NCBI GenBank assembly: GCA_934085675.1
Contig: CAKOHH010000004.1
Span: forward strand, 9,709-73,708
Length of the DNA: 64,000 nt
Origin: an uncultured Bacilli bacterium
GTDB taxonomy: Bacteria; Bacillota_I; Bacilli_A; RF39; UBA660
Direction: 5' to 3'
Each line of letters opens with the position of its first letter. Position 1 is the first letter of the stretch. Positions 58,687-64,000 of this stretch are shown piece after piece. The notes beneath the pieces are model-generated. The model was not told the origin of the DNA and did not search any database. It saw only the letters and a program-made list of their open reading frames with translations. The position numbers and the translations under genes are program-made.

Positions 58687-59940
58687 TTATTTTTTAAATT
58701 TATTATTCGTATTACTTAATACATTACTTAAGTCTTTAAAATAATTAATAAGATTAGTAAAATCCATTGCTTCACTAAAATCATCATACGCTTGTACAAA
58801 TAATTCAAATTGTTCTTCTTCACTAAACACTTTTACATGTGCACCGTCACTGCCTTCAGAACCAATAAGTCCAATTTTTTTAATTATTGCAGGTTTTGAA
58901 TACATAAATAGGTCTTTTTTGTTCTCACTACTATCAATTTGTAATGTTTCAACATATTGATTATTTTCTTTATTTACCAATCCAAAATATGCCCAGGGAT
59001 ACTTTTTAAAAGTTTCTGCCCTTGATACCATTGCAACAGTGCTGTTAGAATTTCTAGATAAAGTTTTTTGCTCACCAAAGTTATTCTTGCCTAATTTGGC
59101 AACTAATGAAACTTTTTCAAATGGACCATACTTTAAAAAAGTTTGTGATTTTGATCTTATTTTATAATAATTCAATAACTGTGTAGTACTGTTAGTTTGG
59201 AAATCATTTATTCTAAAATCTTTAATTGATAATATTTTTTTTACATAATCTTCACTGTATTGTAATAAATCATTATTACCATCTATATCGGTTAAAATCC
59301 AATGCAATATATCAATAGAATTCATATTTTTATTACCAGTTAATCTTTGAAAATCAGGATTATTTTTTAATTGTTCAGTTGTTACCCCTAATAAGTGTAA
59401 TAATTGTTTCTCTTTTATTTGAAAATTGAAATATTCACTTGAATCCAAATTATTTGTTGTTAATTCAGCAATTAATTCCTTATTATTATAAACTTTATAA
59501 TAAACTTGAACTGCTTCTTTCATTAGAAGTAACGTTTTTTGAATTTCATTTACATTCATATCAATATTAGATTTATCGTATATTAAATAATTTCCACTTT
59601 TATCTTTTACTGGCTCAACTAATTTTCTATGATATTTATCAGCAATAGAATCACTTTTACCTTCTTTAATTAATAATTTTTCATAATACTGCTTTACACT
59701 AATAAAATAACTTTCTAATAAACCTTTAAATGTAATATCATTATCATATTTATCATTTCTTATTATATTATAACAATCACTTTGATCTTCCAAAACATGA
59801 ATTACATCTTCAATAGAATTATTAATTAACATATATTCACAATCATATATACCTTTTGACTTAAGTTCTTTATTAATCATTGATATTACTTTTCTGAAAT
59901 CTAATATTTGATGAAGTTTAATCTCCATTGCTTCATTCAT
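58687..59940 (-). CDS. hypothetical protein
   Basis: 417 aa with no recognisable motif; lies immediately downstream of the degraded HTH paralog. Confidence 0.45.
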   Translation of the reverse strand: MNEAMEIKLHQILDFRKVISMINKELKSKGIYDCEYMLINNSIEDVIHVLEDQSDCYNIIRNDKYDNDITFKGLLESYFISVKQYYEKLLIKEGKSDSIADKYHRKLVEPVKDKSGNYLIYDKSNIDMNVNEIQKTLLLMKEAVQVYYKVYNNKELIAELTTNNLDSSEYFNFQIKEKQLLHLLGVTTEQLKNNPDFQRLTGNKNMNSIDILHWILTDIDGNNDLLQYSEDYVKKILSIKDFRINDFQTNSTTQLLNYYKIRSKSQTFLKYGPFEKVSLVAKLGKNNFGEQKTLSRNSNSTVAMVSRAETFKKYPWAYFGLVNKENNQYVETLQIDSSENKKDLFMYSKPAIIKKIGLIGSEGSDGAHVKVFSEEEQFELFVQAYDDFSEAMDFTNLINYFKDLSNVLSNTNNKFKK

Positions 59941-59959
59941 TTTTTCTACCTCCTATAAA

Positions 59960-60439
59960 CTAATTTTTCTTAGGTAATTTTTTATAATCATATTTATCCA
60001 TTATTGGATTAAGTAATTCTTGTGCTTTATTTAATTCTTCTACTGCTTGTTCTAATGTATATTTTCTTTTACCATTTTTAAGTATTTTTAAATGTTCTGC
60101 TACTTCAAATATTATAAATCTTAACTTTTCTTGCTTTTTCTCTTTTAGTAAAATCAAATTGCAATAAAACTGTTTCTTTGATGGACTACTATTATTAGGC
60201 ACTTCATTATTTGTTTATTCTTGTTCCAATGGCATACCTATTGAGTAAATATATGCATTATTCCACATCTTCTAATTCATCAAAAGGCCATTTAAAGTAC
60301 TTCTACTTATTTCCAATAATTTAGCAAGTTCTCTTCGAGAAATTTCCTTTGCAATTCTGGCATTCTCAATAATATTTTCACTTCTTTCTTCTAAATTATT
60401 TCTTCTAGATTTGATTTTATCACTTTTTTTTAAATTCAT
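59960..60439 (-). pseudogene. XRE-family HTH regulator, pseudogenised paralog of 48577..49101
   Basis: An N-terminal frame (60439 downward) reads MNLKKSDKIKSRRNNLEERSENIIENARIAKEISRRELAKLLEISRSTLNGLLMN* (HTH) and stops. The C-terminal ORF 59960..60202 ends ...KYTLEQAVEELNKAQELL...KYDYKKLPKKN, paralogous to the C-terminus of 48577..49101. Confidence 0.5.
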
Positions 60440-60535
60440 CTACAAAAAGACTACGAAAATTTATTTCATGTCTTTGACCTATTTTTATTTTCGGTAGCAA
60501 TTGCACAATAAACTCATATTTGATAAAATAATAAT

Positions 60536-61513
60536 GTGATGGATATGAAAAAGAAAATATTGGATATAATTACTTTAACCTTTTGTTTTGGATGGCTTTT
60601 CATTGTTGTAGTTAATCTCGACAAAGCAACATTTTGGATAGAAAAAATGCTTCAAAAGAATAACCAAATCACCTTGGAAGATAAAAATGAATATTTTAAA
60701 GATGATACTTATCAATTTGTTAAAAATACAGATAATTTTCTTCCTTTAAGTAAAAATGATCTTAAAAATATTTTTTATACGATTGTTAACAGTGGTTGGA
60801 AAAAATTCACCTTCTATTGTCCAAGTGAATATACAGAATGTTTAAATGACGTGAAAGATATGAGTCAAAATCAAGATCTTCTAACTCATCTAAATAACTA
60901 CGTTCATCCTTTTAATGGCTTTTCCAACGTAAAAACTATTATTAGTGAAAACAGAGAAATCACGGTTTCTATTGACTACTTTTATACAGAAGATGAGATA
61001 AAAGTAATTAACGATAAAGTAGATGAAATACTAAAAAAACAAATAAACGATTCTATGAGTATCGAAGATAAAATAAGAGCTATTCATGATTATATCATCA
61101 ATAATACCAAATATGATGTAGCGAGAAACAATGATGGCAAAAGTCCTTATCATTCTTACACGGCTTATGGTCCTCTTTTAGAAGGATATGCCACTTGCAA
61201 TGGTTACACAGATGCCATGGCCTTATTTCTTATCAAAATGAACATTCCTAATTTCAAAGTTGCCATGACTCCAGAAGATAATGAAACTATAGATGGTCAT
61301 GTTTGGAATGCCGTTTATTTAAATAATAATTGGTATCATCTAGACCTTACTTGGGATGATCCTGTTAGTAATGATGGAAAAGATTATTTACAACATAAAT
61401 ATTTTTTAATCACAACTAAAGAACTAAAAGAAATTGACAGTGGGGATGTTCCTGTTTTAGAACACCAATTTAAAACAAGTATTTATCCTGAATTAAAAGA
61501 AAAACAAGCCTAA
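60536..61513 (+). CDS. transglutaminase-like cysteine peptidase domain protein, membrane-anchored
   Basis: 325 aa with an N-terminal TM segment and a transglutaminase core (GYATCNGYTDAMALF, DGHVWNAVYL, HLDLTWDD: Cys-His-Asp). Confidence 0.7.
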   Translation: MMDMKKKILDIITLTFCFGWLFIVVVNLDKATFWIEKMLQKNNQITLEDKNEYFKDDTYQFVKNTDNFLPLSKNDLKNIFYTIVNSGWKKFTFYCPSEYTECLNDVKDMSQNQDLLTHLNNYVHPFNGFSNVKTIISENREITVSIDYFYTEDEIKVINDKVDEILKKQINDSMSIEDKIRAIHDYIINNTKYDVARNNDGKSPYHSYTAYGPLLEGYATCNGYTDAMALFLIKMNIPNFKVAMTPEDNETIDGHVWNAVYLNNNWYHLDLTWDDPVSNDGKDYLQHKYFLITTKELKEIDSGDVPVLEHQFKTSIYPELKEKQA

Positions 61514-62373
61514 ACTTGCTTTTCAATAAAAGATGATACATCATCAATCGTTTTAGAAAAATCTTCATAACAAACGGAAAACCAATGAATTGGTAATTGA
61601 TGATTAAAAAAAGTATATTGTCTCTTGGCATAATGCCGAGAGTTTTTTTTGATAAGTTCTTTCGTTTCCTCTAAAGAAAGATTACCATCAAAATATGAAT
61701 ATAATTCTTTATAGCCGATAGCCGTTTGTAAAGCTTTAGAATTTAAATGCTCATTATAAAACTTTCTTACTTCCTCTAGAAGTCCTTCTGCAAACATCAT
61801 ATCAACTCTTCTATCAATAATGTTATATAAATTATTTCTATCCGTTGTAAGACCAATAAAAATAGTATTATAAAGAGACTTTGGTTCAACTAAAGAAGTT
61901 GTTTCTTTTTGTAAAAATCTTATCATACGCCGACGATTATTGGGATGAATTAAACATTTTTCATCTTTTTTTAAACACATTTGATAAAGCTCTTCATTAC
62001 TATATTCATCATAAGTTTCCTTATTTTCTTCTACAGAAAAACGATAATCAAATAAAGCAGCTTTTAAATAAAGGCCCGTACCGCCGACAAAAATAATAGT
62101 TTTATCTTTATTTTCTTCAATAATTTTTCGGGCATCTTTTTGATAATCATAAACAGTATAATTAACTTCTGGGGAAACTATGTCAAAAAGATAATGATTC
62201 ACCCCTTCTTTTTCACTTTCTTTTATCTTCGCCGTGCCAATATCCATACCTTTATAAACTTGCATGGCATCACAGTTAACAATAATCCCGTGATATTTTT
62301 TAGCAAGGGCTACACTTAATTTTGTTTTACCAACACCAGTTGGTCCTGTTATAGCTATAATCATTTTCATCAC
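61510..62373 (-). CDS. miaA: tRNA dimethylallyltransferase
   Basis: 287 aa with the P-loop AITGPTGVGKT and the DAMQVYKGMDIGTAK motif. Confidence 0.85.
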   Translation of the reverse strand: MMKMIIAITGPTGVGKTKLSVALAKKYHGIIVNCDAMQVYKGMDIGTAKIKESEKEGVNHYLFDIVSPEVNYTVYDYQKDARKIIEENKDKTIIFVGGTGLYLKAALFDYRFSVEENKETYDEYSNEELYQMCLKKDEKCLIHPNNRRRMIRFLQKETTSLVEPKSLYNTIFIGLTTDRNNLYNIIDRRVDMMFAEGLLEEVRKFYNEHLNSKALQTAIGYKELYSYFDGNLSLEETKELIKKNSRHYAKRQYTFFNHQLPIHWFSVCYEDFSKTIDDVSSFIEKQV

Positions 62374-62375
62374 CT

Positions 62376-64000
62376 TTAATTCATACTTCTTTTAAACATT
62401 CTCTCCAAATCATAAATACTAAATTTAATAATGGTTGGTCTGCCATGAGGACAATTATAAGGATTATCACAGGCACAAAGTTCATCTAATAACTCTTCTT
62501 GGGCTTCATGAGAAATATGCATATTTGCCTTAATACTCATTTTACAAGATAAAGTAATCGCAATACTTTCATTAAATTTAACGCGGTCAAAACCATCTAA
62601 ACCAGCAATAATAAGATCAATAATTCTTCTTATACTTTCTTCTTCATGTCCTTTTAAAAGCCATGTAGGATGTGCTTTAACGACAAAAGTATTAACGCCA
62701 AACTCTTCTATTTGAAAACCCATATCTGTTAAAACAGGAAGTTCATTTTTTAATTTTAAAAAATCGCTGCCATTTAATTCAATTGTAATAGGGAATAATA
62801 AGTTAGTAGTACTTACTTCTTTAGCTTTTAAAGCGCGCATATTTCTTTCATAGTTTACTCTTTCTTGAGCAGCATGTTGGTCAATTAAGTAAACACCGTT
62901 TTCATTTTCAGCAATAATATATGTACCATGAGCAACTCCAACAGGATAAAGTTTTAATTTTTTCATTTCAGGATTAACGATAACATCTTCTGTAGGTATC
63001 TCTTTTGTTTGGCTTTCTTCTGCTCTTACAAAATCAAAGGTCGTTTGAATATTAGAAGGTTTTACTTCTTCATCTGCTTCCTTCACAACATTTTCGACAA
63101 TTTCTTCTTTAAACGGATTACTTTCTGGCATTCTTAAAACTGCATCTGGTATTAAAAGGGCTTTATAAAGAGCTTGTTTTAAGGTGTTATAAATCAAATC
63201 ATATAAAACAGGCATTTTTTCTATTTTAATATCTTGCTTAGTCGGATGAATATTAACATCTATTAAAGTTGGATCCGTATAAATATTTAAAACAACGATA
63301 GGAAATTTAATATCTGGTTTATATGTATAATACGCATCATTAATAGCTTTATTGACATCATAATTTTTTACGACACGACCATTTACCATAACAATCATAT
63401 GGTTACGATTACTTTTTAAAATTTCTGGTTTGGCAATATAACCTTGTAAGTCAAAATCATCATTACTATTTCTTACTTCAATCATTTTTGAAGAAACACT
63501 TACGCCATAAATTTCATGAATTGTTTTTAATAAATCACCACTGCCACTTGTCTTAACTAAATCTTTACTATCATGATTAAGTGTAAAAGAAATATTCGGG
63601 TGCGCTAAAGATAGTTTTTCAAGGTAGCATACACAACTAGCAAGCTCGGCAGAATCACTTTTTAAATATTTTAATCTAGCCGGTGTATTATAAAAAAGAT
63701 TTGTAACCGTAATTTTAGTTCCTTTTCTTAAATCCCCAGATTCATCTACTAAAATATGTCCACCTTCGATAATGATATGTGTACCAATAGTTCCATCACT
63801 TGTTGTCATTTCTGTTTTAGAAACACTGGCAATAGAAGGTAGGGCCTCACCACGGAAGCCTAAAGTATCAATGAAAAATAAATCATCATCTTTATAAATC
63901 TTACTAGTTGCATGTCTTTGAAAAGATAAATGAGCATCTTCCCTACTCATTCCTGAACCATTATCAATAACCTCGATTTTCTTTTTACCGCCTTCTATTA
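62376..64000 (-). CDS. mutL: DNA mismatch repair protein MutL (5' end lies beyond the window edge)
   Basis: The MutL transducer and C-terminal dimerisation regions are present. The reading frame continues upstream of the listed Met (...IEGGKKKIEVIDNGSGMSRED...) to the window end. Confidence 0.85.
   Translation of the reverse strand, partial: IEGGKKKIEVIDNGSGMSREDAHLSFQRHATSKIYKDDDLFFIDTLGFRGEALPSIASVSKTEMTTSDGTIGTHIIIEGGHILVDESGDLRKGTKITVTNLFYNTPARLKYLKSDSAELASCVCYLEKLSLAHPNISFTLNHDSKDLVKTSGSGDLLKTIHEIYGVSVSSKMIEVRNSNDDFDLQGYIAKPEILKSNRNHMIVMVNGRVVKNYDVNKAINDAYYTYKPDIKFPIVVLNIYTDPTLIDVNIHPTKQDIKIEKMPVLYDLIYNTLKQALYKALLIPDAVLRMPESNPFKEEIVENVVKEADEEVKPSNIQTTFDFVRAEESQTKEIPTEDVIVNPEMKKLKLYPVGVAHGTYIIAENENGVYLIDQHAAQERVNYERNMRALKAKEVSTTNLLFPITIELNGSDFLKLKNELPVLTDMGFQIEEFGVNTFVVKAHPTWLLKGHEEESIRRIIDLIIAGLDGFDRVKFNESIAITLSCKMSIKANMHISHEAQEELLDELCACDNPYNCPHGRPTIIKFSIYDLERMFKRSMN

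Noticed and set aside
43000-60500. Intact prophage or ICE
   Set aside because: There are no capsid, tail, terminase, relaxase or T4SS genes, and the integrase and IS30 transposase are both pseudogenes. The region is a decayed mosaic island rather than a functional mobile element.
1-64000. Possible alternative genetic code (TGA = Trp, Mollicutes-like), given the very low GC content and two in-frame TGAs at conserved Trp positions
   Set aside because: Long intact ORFs (FeoB, UvrC, GluRS, the 812-aa protein) contain multiple Trp residues all encoded by TGG and no internal TGA. Both TGA-containing genes also carry independent frameshifts, so they are pseudogenes.
1-64000. CRISPR arrays or cas genes
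   Set aside because: No regularly spaced direct-repeat/spacer arrays and no Cas-like proteins were seen. The only short repeats are terminator hairpins and TGACAY motifs.

Overview
This is an AT-rich (roughly 28-30% GC) chromosomal segment from a low-GC Gram-positive bacterium (Firmicutes). The organism is presumably a spore former, because a gerA-type germination operon is present. The standard genetic code is in use: long ORFs are intact and Trp is encoded by TGG, so the two in-frame TGA codons seen are pseudogene lesions. Housekeeping genes are spread across the window. They include an ABC transporter tail with permeases, a cysteine desulfurase, a TtcA-like enzyme, gltX with a candidate T-box leader, an oleate hydratase, feoAB, dnaB-like and dnaI genes, rpe, csoR, rlmD, a gerAA/AC/AB operon, uvrC, rpsT, miaA and a partial mutL. 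Two tRNA genes are present on the minus strand, tRNA-Glu(CUC) and tRNA-Thr(GGU). A complete-looking Tad/Flp-type pilus locus sits at 33.5-39.4 kb, with an Flp pilin, TadE/G-like pseudopilins, CpaE/TadZ, CpaF/TadA, TadB, TadC and two prepilin-type proteins. Three accessory regions stand out. (1) A small islet lies next to tRNA-Thr at 12.3-16.7 kb; it carries an Abi_2 (HEPN) abortive-infection gene and a coiled-coil membrane protein, each followed by a copy of the same ~41-bp terminator module. (2) A tandem segmental duplication covers the 5' half of rlmD plus its promoter, ending next to the ger operon. (3) A ~17 kb mosaic island at 43.0-60.5 kb is inserted between rpsT/SDR and the transglutaminase/miaA/mutL genes. 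It contains an AlwI/BstNBI-family type IIS-like endonuclease with a Dam-like MTase, an Mrr_cat nuclease and an HTH regulator. It also holds a decayed IS30 element and a decayed tyrosine integrase, an overlapping two-gene module (a HEPN/wHTH protein plus a protein with a C-terminal PD-(D/E)xK nuclease-like domain) that is the best candidate for an undescribed defence system, and further unknown genes grouped with a divergent sigma-70-family gene and a LysR regulator. A pseudogenised paralog of the HTH regulator lies at the right-hand edge of the island.
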